Origin: Pseudonocardiaceae bacterium
GTDB lineage: Bacteria; Actinomycetota; Actinomycetes; Mycobacteriales; Pseudonocardiaceae
Direction of reading: 5' to 3'
Assembly (NCBI GenBank): GCA_050700385.1
Contig: JBOHGT010000392.1
Span: forward strand, 1 to 63,359
DNA length: 63,359 nucleotides
Part shown: piece after piece, positions 19,144-28,122 of the stretch
Layout of the letters: each line of letters opens with the position of its first letter
Numbering within the stretch: the stretch's first letter is position 1
Notes under the pieces: model-generated
The model's input: only the letters and a program-made list of their open reading frames with translations
Told to the model about the DNA's origin: nothing
The model's database searches: none
Translations under genes and position numbers: made by a program

Positions 19144-20040
19144 TCATCTCAGTGCCAGCAACGGCATCTGGAACAGAGCGTTGCGGTCGAACGCGCCACC
19201 GGCGGCCTGGTCGTTCCACTTGCTCACCGCCGCGGTGGCCTCCGTACTCTGCTTGTTCGTCACCGTTCGCGCATGCTCGATGAGCTCGAGGCCAGCGTCG
19301 ACGGTGAATCCCCACGTGACGACGACGTACACCGTGCCGATGTCGGTTCCGGAACGGCAGACTGCCATGGACTCGAACTCCCACGTGGTGTTGGGCCGGT
19401 TCCAGCCCGCATGGTCCTGCATGGTGGCCGGCGTGGCAGGGCCGGACTTCTTCCAGACGGTCAGCGCGCTGCCGCCCGTCCCGTCGTCTTTCATCCCGTA
19501 CCAGCCCTGCCGCTGACCGCGGTACCGGTCCACGCTCGTGGCCGACGGTGTCTGGCGCTGCGTGCTCTTCGCGTGGAAGTTGTTATTGGAGCCGGTCGCG
19601 GTCTCGACGAGCCGGACCGTCTGGATGAACGCGATCTCGTCGGCGTCGACGACGGAGGTGTCGGGCGCAAAGCTGATACCGATCTTGTACCGGTACCGGG
19701 TGCCCGTGACCAGGTCACCATCGGCACGCTCGCGGACGGTGGTCTCAAGCCTGCCGAACGCGGTGCCGGCCGACAGTTTGGCCGCTGGGACCCCCTTACC
19801 CTGCAGCTCGGCGGCGATCGCGAGCTTTAGCACCGTGCCGACGCCGCCGAGCACGGAGCGAGCGCGGATCACACCATCCTGCAGCATCCGCAGCTGGTCG
19901 ATCGTGAGATGCGACAGCTTCCTCACCGGCACGGGCAGCCTCGCCAGCGATGTCGTCGCCGTGGCCCAATCGCCGAGTCCGACAGCGTCATCGAAGGACT
20001 TCTCGTCGCGGCTGACGACGGGCCGCGACGGTGTGGGCAT
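19144..20040 (-). CDS. Hypothetical protein (no family recognised). Start set at an internal ATG; the N-terminal ~100 codons of the ORF look non-coding or foreign.
   Basis: The C-terminal ~300 aa of ORF 19144..20337 have protein-like composition (AFIQTVRLVETATGSNNNFHAKS...WEFESMAVCRSGTDIGTVYVVVTWGFTVDAG). The extreme N-terminus of the ORF (MPLSLRIDRKLDAKLKRRAAA) looks like a separate RHH remnant. Confidence 0.45.
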   Translation of the reverse strand: MPTPSRPVVSRDEKSFDDAVGLGDWATATTSLARLPVPVRKLSHLTIDQLRMLQDGVIRARSVLGGVGTVLKLAIAAELQGKGVPAAKLSAGTAFGRLETTVRERADGDLVTGTRYRYKIGISFAPDTSVVDADEIAFIQTVRLVETATGSNNNFHAKSTQRQTPSATSVDRYRGQRQGWYGMKDDGTGGSALTVWKKSGPATPATMQDHAGWNRPNTTWEFESMAVCRSGTDIGTVYVVVTWGFTVDAGLELIEHARTVTNKQSTEATAAVSKWNDQAAGGAFDRNALFQMPLLALR

Positions 20041-20377
20041 CGGGCGCCCGCTGGGGGCGGATATCACTGTGACCGACCACCCAACACGAGATCGACCCCT
20101 CCTGGACGGGACTAGATCTGCGGTCGTCCACTGCCGCTCGTCTCGACGTTGTGCAGCGCCGCCTTCCTCCTTCGCAACAGTCTGACGGAAAACGCGCACC
20201 GCCAGCACTACCCTACCCCGCGTCCCCGTCGGTGTATCAGTAGGAGCGGGCACCGAACTGCAACCGGATTCGTGCGCGGCCGCTCGCCGCTTGAGCTTCG
20301 CGTCGAGCTTCCTATCGATGCGGAGGCTCAACGGCACGTCCAGCGCCGCGCTGGGCTTGGCGAGCTCGGCGCGAGGC

Positions 20378-20480
20378 CGGTCTGGGGTGGAGCCGCCTGG
20401 GGAATCGAACCCCCGACCTGCTCATTACGAGGGGGCAGCATACCGTCTCATCCGGCCTCTACCAGCAACAATGACCCCGC
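20378..20480 (-). other. Degenerate tRNA-like element. The 3' half resembles tRNA-Thr(CGU); the 5' half does not fold.
   Basis: Minus strand reads ...CTCGTAATGAGCAGGTCGGGGGTTCGATTCCCCAGGCGGCTCCA: anticodon-loop-like CTCGTAA, variable loop AGGTC, T-arm GGGGG/TTCGATT/CCCC, acceptor 3' strand. A GGTAGAG D-arm remnant lies upstream. No complementary 5' acceptor strand, and the anticodon stem pairs at only 3 of 5 positions. Confidence 0.5.
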
Positions 20481-20764
20481 CGCAGACCCCGCACGGCACC
20501 TCGAACCCCACCCGTAGGCAGCGTTTCGCCCCACGTTCGATTCCACGGAACATCCTCTACCCACCCACAGATCCGGCCCGCGCCGTGCGGGCCGAACATC
20601 AGCGCCCGCATCGGACTGGCCGGCCGGTGCCGGGGGTACGGCCGATCGTTCCAAGGAACCAGCTCCAGCGTCGCGCGGGCCTCGGCGAAAGGCGCGAGCG
20701 CGTCGGCCGGAAGGGCGTCGATCTGGGCCTGGGACTGCTGTCGGTGGTGACCTCGTACACGCGG

Positions 20765-20965
20765 CTATAGGCCCAGCTGGGCCTTGGTGTCCGCCAGCGG
20801 CTCGTCGGCCGGGATGTCCTCACCGGTTAGCTGGGTCGCTGCTCGCCGGTACACCGCGCGGTGCGACTCGGCTCCGGCCGCGGCCGTCAGCCGCGCCACC
20901 CTTCGCCAGGACTCCAGGGTCTCCAGCACCTCGGACAGGTCCAGCGTGTCGGTGGCTCTGGCCAT
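20765..20965 (-). CDS. Small DUF6247-like protein, probably N-terminally truncated
   Basis: MARATDTLDLSEVLETLESWRRVARLTAAAGAESHR...TKAQLGL. The in-frame upstream codons (EEAAEFDREWREV) have no start codon before a stop. Confidence 0.45.
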   Translation of the reverse strand: MARATDTLDLSEVLETLESWRRVARLTAAAGAESHRAVYRRAATQLTGEDIPADEPLADTKAQLGL

Positions 20966-21722
20966 GACCTCGCGCCACTCCCGATCGAACTCCGCGGCCT
21001 CCTCGACCGGGTTCGAGACTCGCTGCGGCGGTCACACGCACACCATAGCCTTGAGCCCGGCGGACTCGGGGTTGGTGGCGCGGCCGGATAGTGGTCAGGA
21101 CTCGGGCTCGTTGTCCGGCCGGACCCGTAGCGGGACCACCCGGTACAGCTCGGTCGTGCGCGGGCCACTGGTCGGGTAGGCATAGGACACTGGGGAGTGC
21201 TGTCCCAGCGCACCGGGCCATGTCCGCCGCGCTCGGCGAAGTGCTCGACCTCGGCCTTGGCACTTCAGCCGCGGTGACACGACACGCCCGACCGGACCCG
21301 CGCGGGCCCGCGGCGCGCAGGAATGCCGCGAACTCGCGGACGGTGTCGGCGTCGCGGGTGGTGAGCTGCCCGTGTGCTTGCGCCAGCTCCAGCCAGCGCT
21401 GCCGGGAATGGCCTCATCGACGGTCGGTAGCCCCATCAGTTAAATGTCATTTCGTGTCATTCACAGTGTCACGCATCAGGCGGTGACGGCGCCCTGCCGT
21501 CCCGGACCGGGAACTGCTCGACGCCGGCATAGATCGGTGTGAGTGGCGGTTCGACGTTCGATGCGACCAGCCCGGCGTCCTGCAGCTCGCGGGTGATTCG
21601 GGCAGCGGGTCGGGTGAAGCTGCGGAGCATGCGATCGTCGGCGTAGCCGCAGATGTAGGCCGCCCGCGTTACGGGTCGCCCTGGACAACGCCAACGATCC
21701 GGATCCGATAGCCAGCCCGCCG

Positions 21723-22610
21723 ATGACCGCGGCCGAGCTGCGTCAGCGGCTCGATGACTGCGACCGGAGACGGCAGCGGTCGCGGTACTCCCAGGTGGTC
21801 GCGGAGCTGCCCGAGCTGCTGCAGCACGCCTCTGTGCTCACCGCCGAGGCCCGTCCCGCCACCGAGGTCGCCGAGACGGCATGGGCGCTGCTCGATGATG
21901 CGTACCAGCTGGCGGGTTCCGTCAGCTACCGGTTCGGCTACCTCGATCTCGCGACGCTGGCGAAAGAGCGCGCCCAACAGGCGGCCGTGCGTTCCGGGGA
22001 CCCGCTGCGCGCCGCAGTGGCGGCGTTCATGGGCACCACCGTCCGGCTGCACCGCGGAGACTACTCCGGGGTGCAGCGGGTCACCGAGCGCGCGCAGTCC
22101 GACATCGCCGAGCTGCGCAGCCCCGCAGCGCAGGCGGTGCGCGCCCAGTTGCATTTGCGCCAGAGCATCACCCACGCCCGCAGTCGCGCCGCCGACCGGG
22201 CCGACGAGCACATCGCCGCCGCCCGCGAACTCGTCGGGCTCGGTTGCCCGGCACGCCCCTACTACGGCGTGCTCGCCAGCACGGGCGACGTGGAGATTCA
22301 CTGGGTTGCGGTCCCAGTCGAGCTCGCTGATGGGACCACCACCGTCGACCGGGCCGCTCGGGTGCGCATCCCGGACGACGAGCCGCCCTCCGAGCTCGGG
22401 CGCCACTGGATCGACGTGGCGCGTGGGTGGACGCTGCATGGCGACCGCGGGAAGGCTCTGGACACCCTCAACCAGGCGCGACGCATCGCCCCGCAGCTGA
22501 CCCGCTACCACCCCAGCGTTCACGAAACCGTCCAACTGCTGGCCGAGACCGACCGCCGCGCCACCGACTCCCTCGCTGGCTTCGCCCGCTGGGCGGGCAT
22601 CCCACTTTGA
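21723..22610 (+). CDS. C-terminal (helical/TPR-like) portion of an actinomycete XRE-family regulator. The N-terminal HTH domain is missing.
   Basis: RYSQVVAELPELLQHA...IAPQLTRYHPSVHETVQLL is typical of ~400-aa HTH regulators. No HTH is encoded in any plus frame of 21480-21720. Confidence 0.55.
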   Translation: MTAAELRQRLDDCDRRRQRSRYSQVVAELPELLQHASVLTAEARPATEVAETAWALLDDAYQLAGSVSYRFGYLDLATLAKERAQQAAVRSGDPLRAAVAAFMGTTVRLHRGDYSGVQRVTERAQSDIAELRSPAAQAVRAQLHLRQSITHARSRAADRADEHIAAARELVGLGCPARPYYGVLASTGDVEIHWVAVPVELADGTTTVDRAARVRIPDDEPPSELGRHWIDVARGWTLHGDRGKALDTLNQARRIAPQLTRYHPSVHETVQLLAETDRRATDSLAGFARWAGIPL

Positions 22611-22739
22611 TGTCAGGACACCGACCCACCGCCCGCAGACTCCGCTGAACATCACCTACCGGAAGCTCGAGTAACCCGGTCGACCGACCTCACGAGTGTC
22701 GGCGACGATCTGGGGTGCACGCGATGCCACACTGACGCG

Positions 22740-23417
22740 GTGAGCACCGTCGACGTACTCGACCGGGAGATGTACTCGGAAGCCGAGACGGCCCGGTTAT
22801 TGCGCGTAGCCCCGAGCACGCTGCACTACTGGCTCGAGGGTGGCGAGCGGCGGGGCAGGACCTACCTACCGATCCTGCGGGTGGAGGCGACAGGAACCCG
22901 ATCGGTGACCTGGGCCGAGTTCGTCGAGGCGGCATTCCTGCGGGAGTACCGACGCTCGCACGGTGTGCCGATGGCCGAGCTGCGCGGGTTCATCGAGCGG
23001 CTCCGGGAGCACTATGGCGTGGCGTACCCGCTCGCGCACCACCAGCCGTTCGTCAGCGGCCGGCAGCTCGTGTACGAGGCGCAGGAGGGCTCAGGGCTCG
23101 CGCCGGAGTTCTGCCTCGTTGCTGTGGTCAGTGGGCAGTACGTTCTAACTCCGACGTCCGACAGCTACTTGAAGCGAGTGACGTGGGACGACGATGTCGC
23201 GTCGGCATGGCGTCCGCACGATGACCCGGCCTCGCCGGTCCGTGTCGATCCGGAGGTGCGCTTTGGCCGCCCGGCCATCCACGGGATCAGCACCGAGATC
23301 CTGTGGGAGCAATCGGAGAGCGGAGCGGACGCACACGAGCTGTCCGAGGCGTTCGACCTCGCCGTGAACGACGTGCAGTGGGCACTGGCCTACGAGCACT
23401 CCCACCGAGCAGCGTGA
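22740..23417 (+). CDS. HTH (MerR-like) + DUF433 domain protein, antitoxin-like, intact copy
   Basis: 225 aa. The N-terminal YSEAETARLLRVAPSTLHYWLEGG is HTH-like. The C-terminal FGRPAIHGISTEILWEQSESGADAHELSEAFDLAVNDVQWALAYE is a DUF433 signature. Confidence 0.8.
   Translation: MSTVDVLDREMYSEAETARLLRVAPSTLHYWLEGGERRGRTYLPILRVEATGTRSVTWAEFVEAAFLREYRRSHGVPMAELRGFIERLREHYGVAYPLAHHQPFVSGRQLVYEAQEGSGLAPEFCLVAVVSGQYVLTPTSDSYLKRVTWDDDVASAWRPHDDPASPVRVDPEVRFGRPAIHGISTEILWEQSESGADAHELSEAFDLAVNDVQWALAYEHSHRAA
22791..23407. repeat. Direct repeat (~615 bp, high identity) with 17882..18496. It lies inside the intact HTH+DUF433 gene.
   Basis: By-eye alignment. The offset is 4909-4911 nt, with only a handful of substitutions, one 3-nt indel and one 1-nt indel. 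Confidence 0.9.
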
Positions 23418-23655
23418 GGCTGTGGCACGCGAGGCGCAGATCCTCACCCAGCTGCGTGCCGACGTCACCTATCCCGGCGACAGATCGAGCGCCTGACCCC
23501 TGTCTGTCAGGCAGGCTTCGCAGAGCATGAGAGTGACCATCGACCGCTTGTTTGCGCTGCTCAAGGGCAACGTGTGATGGTTATCGAGTAGCGCGTGCGT
23601 CACGTAACGTGTCGACCGCCCGAGCCGATTGCGGACTTGAGGACGGAGGGCAGAG

Positions 23656-26600
23656 GTGGCGGCGAGCGGTGTTGACCTTGCGGAGCTGGTGAAGGACCTG
23701 CGCAGGCAGGTCATCGCGCTCGAAGCGGATCTGCGGTCGCGCAGCGACGAGGTTGACGAGTTCGCGGCGGCGCTGCAGAGCGAGTACGAGCAGGCGTATG
23801 AGGCCGGGCGAACGGCGGCCACCCATGGAGCGTGGCGTGACACGCGGGTTACCCAAGCTGCTGCCGCCTGGGTGCTGGCCACCGCGTTCGTCCGGTTCTG
23901 CGAGGACAACGGGCTGATCGAGTGGCCGTTCATCGCCGGTCCCGGTGAGCGGCTGGCCGATGCGGAAGAACGGCATGACGCCTTCCGGGAGCACCCGCAG
24001 CTCAATGATCGTGACTGGCTGATCGCCGCCTTCGATCACCTGGCCTCGATGAGCCCGACGGTGGCCGGGTTGTTCGACCGGCGGCACAATCCGCTGTGGG
24101 AGCTGACCCCGTCCTTCGAGGCGGCGACCGCGTTGCTCGGGTTCTGGCGGCGGCGCGGGGCCGACGGGGAGATCACCTACGACTTCACCGACGACTCATG
24201 GGACACCCGCTTCCTCGGAGACCTGTACCAAGACCTGAGCGAAGACGCCCGCAAGACCTACGCACTACTGCAGACCCCGGAGTTCGTCGAAGAGTTCATC
24301 CTCGACCTGACCCTGGAGCCAGCGATCGAAGAGTTCGGGCTGGCACCGGCCGTCGAGATCCACCGTGCCGACGGGTCCGTCGAAAGCGTGCCCACCCTGC
24401 GCACGATCGACCCGGCCTGCGGGTCCGGCCACTTCCTGCTCGGCATCTTCCACCGGCTGTTGGACAAGTGGCGGGTCGCCGCGCCCGGCGTCGACGACTG
24501 GGAGCTGATCCGGCGGTCGCTGGAATCGGTGCACGGGTGCGACAAGAACCCGTTCGCGGTGTCCATCGCGCGATTCCGGTTGCTGGTGGCCGCGATGCGG
24601 GCGGCCGGAGAAAGCCGGTTGGACCGGGCTCCGGGCTTTCCGCTCAATATCGCGGTGGGTGACTCCCTCCTGCACGGCCGTGGCGCCCCTGCCGTGCAAC
24701 TCCAAGCCGAGATACGCGACGGCGAGTTGAAGGAGCCCGAACCGCACACGTACCGCACCGAGGACGTCAAGGAGTTCATGGACTCCTGCGACCTGCTCGG
24801 CCGATCATCCTATCACGTCGTGGTCGGTAACCCGCCCTACATCACGGTGAAGGACAAGCAGGAGAACGAGAACTACCGAGCTTACAGCGCCTGTTCCGGC
24901 AAGTATGCGCTGTCGGTCCCCTTCGCCCAGCGACTGTTCCGACTAGCGATCCGCACGCTCGGCTCGGACCGCGACGCTGGGTTCGTCGGGCAGATCACTG
25001 CGAACTCGTTCATGAAGAGGGAGTTCGGCAAGAAGCTCATCGAGAACTTCTTCCCGACCGTCGACCTCTCGCACGTCATCGACACCTCAGGTGCATACAT
25101 CCCGGGACACGGCACGCCCACCGTCATCCTGGTCGGCCGCAACCGAACCCCACGGCAGTCCGATCCCATCCGCGCCATTCTCGGCATCCGGGGCGAACCG
25201 TCACAGCCCGAGGAACCCGCTAGGGGACTCGTCTGGTCCGCCATCGTCGACCAGGTCGACAAACCCGGCAACGAGTCCGAGTGGATCGGCGTCGAGGACG
25301 CCGAGCGCACCGCGTTCGCTACCTTTCCTTGGAGTCTTGCTGGAGGCGGCGCTTCAACGATTCTCGCGTACCTCGATAAAGAGTCGCGCAAAGCCGGAGA
25401 TCTGCTTAATCGCCCCATCGGATTTGCGAGCTTTCCAGGTCAGGATGAAGCGTTCTTCCTGTCAAAGCAGTGGTTCGACCAACGCGCGATTCCAAGCGTC
25501 ATGCGTAGAGCGCTCGTTATCGGCGAAATTGTCCGCGACTGGTATGAGCATTGTGATCAAGACGCATTAGTCCCGTATTCGCTAGACCAGGAACCCGTTC
25601 CCTTCGATCTGGCTACGTCGTGGGGACGGCATCTTTGGAGTATGCGCCGTGTACTCGGCTCCACTACCGGCTTCGGTGGCGAGACTCGGGCGGACTCGGA
25701 CGAACCTTGGTGGACGTGGTACCGATGGGTTCCTGAGCGATACCGAACACCGCTGTCGATTGCTTTTGCGTTTGTGGCGACACACAATCACTTCGTGCTG
25801 GATCGGGGTGGGAAGGTGTTCAAGCAGTCGGCACCAGTCATCAAGTTGCCGGAGGGGGCGAGTGAGCACGACCACTTGTCGCTGCTGGGGGTGCTCAACT
25901 CATCCACGGCGTGCTTCTGGCTGAAACAGGTGAGCCAGTCGAAGGGCAACGGTGGTATCGGTGGCGGCATCTCCGACGAGCTGTGGGAACATCGGTACGA
26001 GTTCACGGGGTACCAAGCTGCAGGGGTTTCCGCTGCCTGAGGTGCTGCCGCTTGACCTTGGCCAGGATCTGGACGGCCTCGCGCAGCGGCTTGCCACGCA
26101 AGAGTCGGCGGCTGTGTGTGCGACAGCCGTGCCGACTCGGGCGAGCCTTGGCGCCGCGCGGGCCGAGCATGAGCGAATCCGGGGGTGGATGATCGCGCTG
26201 CAGGAGGAGTTGGACTGGCAGGTGTATGGATCATACAACCTCCTTTCAGAGGCCGAGACCGGCCAGCTCACCGTCAAGGATCTCGACACCGTGCCCGGAG
26301 TTAAGCTTGGTGAGCGGGCGTTCGAGATCGTGCTCGCCCGCAAGTTCGCTGCCGGGGAGACGGAGACGGTGTGGTTCGCCCGCCACAGGTCTACGCCGAT
26401 CACGGAGATCCCGGCGCACTGGCCGGAGGAGTACCAGCGGGTCGTGCAGGTCCGGATCGACGTGATCGAGAAGCGGAGGGACATCGCGCTGATCGAGCGG
26501 CCGGAGTGCAAGCGGCGCTGGGCCTCCGAGCCGTGGGAGAAGCGGGAGGAGGAGGCGCTGCGGACCTGGCTGCTGGACCGCTGCGAAGACCCCGACCTCT

Positions 26601-27292
26601 GGTTTGCCCTGCGCGACGGGATGCGCCAGCCACGCACGCTGACCGTGAACCAGCTCGCCGACCTGTTCCGCACCGACGAGGACATGCACGCCGTCGCCAC
26701 GCTCTACGCCGCCGACCACCTCGGCAAGCGGGACCTGACCCTGGCCCACGTGCTGGCCGAGATCACCGCCAAGGAGCACGTGCCCTACCTCGCCGCCCTG
26801 CGATACAAGGACACCGGCCTGCGCAAGCGTCAGGAGTGGAAGCAGGTCTGGGACATGCAGCGCGAGGAGGACCGCACCGGCACCCGGCTGGACATCCCGG
26901 TGCCGCCGAAGTACGTCTCCGGTGACTTCCGCAAGACCTCGTACTGGGCGCAGCGCGGCAAGCTCGATGTGCCCAAGGAGCGGTTCATCTCCTACCCCGG
27001 CGCGAGCCCGGATGCCGACCCGTCGATGCTGCTGGGCTGGGCGGGCTGGGACCACAAAGATCAGGCCCAGGCGCTGGTCACTGTGGTCAACGACCGCACC
27101 GAGCAAGCCGGCTGGGGCACGGAGAAGATCACCCCGCTGCTGGCCGGGCTGCTGGAACTGCTGCCCTGGGTGCACCAGTGGCACGCAGGCTACGACGCGG
27201 ACTGGGCCGGTAACCCGGCCGAGGAGTACCAGGCTTACCTCGACGAGCAGCGGGCCAAACACCAGTTGACCGTCGCGGACCTGCAAAAGTAG
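23656..27292 (+). pseudogene. pglX: BREX/Pgl N6-adenine DNA methyltransferase PglX, copy 1. Single-base frame break at ~26007-26012.
   Basis: ORF 23656..26040 carries IDPACGSGHFLL (motif I) and VVVGNPPYITVKDK (motif IV). ORF 25952..27292 continues from TKLQGFPLPEV. It is collinear with the intact paralogue at 38581 (EFTATRLGELPLP). The junction is acgGGGGtacc. Confidence 0.85.
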
Positions 27293-27351
27293 CGGCCCGC
27301 CCCGCGACGCGCTGCCAACCATGCCGACCATGCGGGTCGAAGTCAGCAAAT

Positions 27352-27383
27352 ATAACGTTTGACGTTATTAACGTTACACGTTA
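27352..27383. promoter_or_regulatory. Two adjacent perfect palindromes (ATAACGTttgACGTTAT and TAACGTtacACGTTA) 12 nt upstream of higB. Putative HigA operator.
   Basis: Read directly at 27352-27368 and 27369-27383, in an A+T-rich stretch inside otherwise ~70% G+C DNA. Confidence 0.6.
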
Positions 27384-27394
27384 TCCTCGTCGAG

Positions 27395-27676
27395 GTGCTC
27401 AGATCGTTCGCGGACAAGGACACCGAGCGTGTTTGGCGGCGGGAGCGATCCAGGCACCTGGATCCCCACACGCAACGCGCGGCGTTACGGAAGTTGCTGA
27501 TCTTGGATGCGGCCGACGTTCTGGACGACCTCAAGGTGCCACCCGGCAATCGGCTGGAGAAGCTCCGGGGCAATCGCGCCGGACAGTACAGCATGCGGGT
27601 CAACCAGCAATGGCGCATCTGCTTCCGGTGGACCTCTGCCGGGCCAGCAGACGTGGAGATCGTTGACTACCATTGA
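27395..27676 (+). CDS. higB: HigB-type (RelE/ParE superfamily) toxin
   Basis: The in-frame GTG at 27395 of ORF 27359..27676 gives MLRSFADKDTERVWRRERSRHLDPHTQRAALRKLLILDAA...PPGNRLEKLRGNRAGQYSMRVNQQWRICFRW...VEIVDYH. Confidence 0.85.
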   Translation: MLRSFADKDTERVWRRERSRHLDPHTQRAALRKLLILDAADVLDDLKVPPGNRLEKLRGNRAGQYSMRVNQQWRICFRWTSAGPADVEIVDYH

Positions 27677-27689
27677 AGGGAGGGAACTC

Positions 27690-27992
27690 ATGCCGACAAC
27701 AGCACCGATGTCACCCATCCATCCCGGCGAGGTTCTCGCCGAGGAGTACCTTGCGCCGTGGGGGGTCACCCAGCACCGGCTCGCGGTGGACATCGGGGTG
27801 CCACCCCGCCGGATCAACGAGATCGTGCACGGTAAACGGCGTATCAGCGCGGACACCGCACTGCGACTTGCCCGCTACTTCGGCACCTCGGAACGATTCT
27901 GGCTGAACCTGCAGGGCCGTTACGACCTCGAGGTGGTACGCGACCGCCTCGGACCCGTTCTCGACGAGATCCGGCCGTTGAAGACCGCCTGA
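27690..27992 (+). CDS. higA: HigA-type HTH (XRE) antitoxin
   Basis: ATG at 27690 with a GAAGGGAGGGA RBS. IHPGEVLAEEYLAPWGVTQHRLAVDIGVPPRRINEIVHGKRRISADTALRLARYFGTS. Confidence 0.85.
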   Translation: MPTTAPMSPIHPGEVLAEEYLAPWGVTQHRLAVDIGVPPRRINEIVHGKRRISADTALRLARYFGTSERFWLNLQGRYDLEVVRDRLGPVLDEIRPLKTA

Positions 27993-28122
27993 CGACTGAC
28001 GCTGCCGTCGGACTTGCCGCATCACCGGGACCCGACGCCTGTTGTCATACTGCCAAGCAGGGGACGAGCCAGGATGACCCGTCGGTGACGGGCCTCGCCA
28101 CGACCGGAGGGGATGACCAGTA

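Noticed and set aside
20378-20480. Possible intact tRNA gene or tmRNA 3' end
   Set aside because: No acceptor-stem 5' partner exists, the anticodon stem is largely unpaired, and there is an oversized segment between the D-arm remnant and the anticodon arm. I therefore report it only as a degenerate tRNA-like fragment.
26007-26010. Claiming S. coelicolor-style slipped-strand phase variation of pglX
   Set aside because: The tract is only four G residues, and the other breaks are at 3-5-nt runs. Without population-level tract-length data, mutation or base-calling error is equally or more likely, so I keep it as a hypothesis only.
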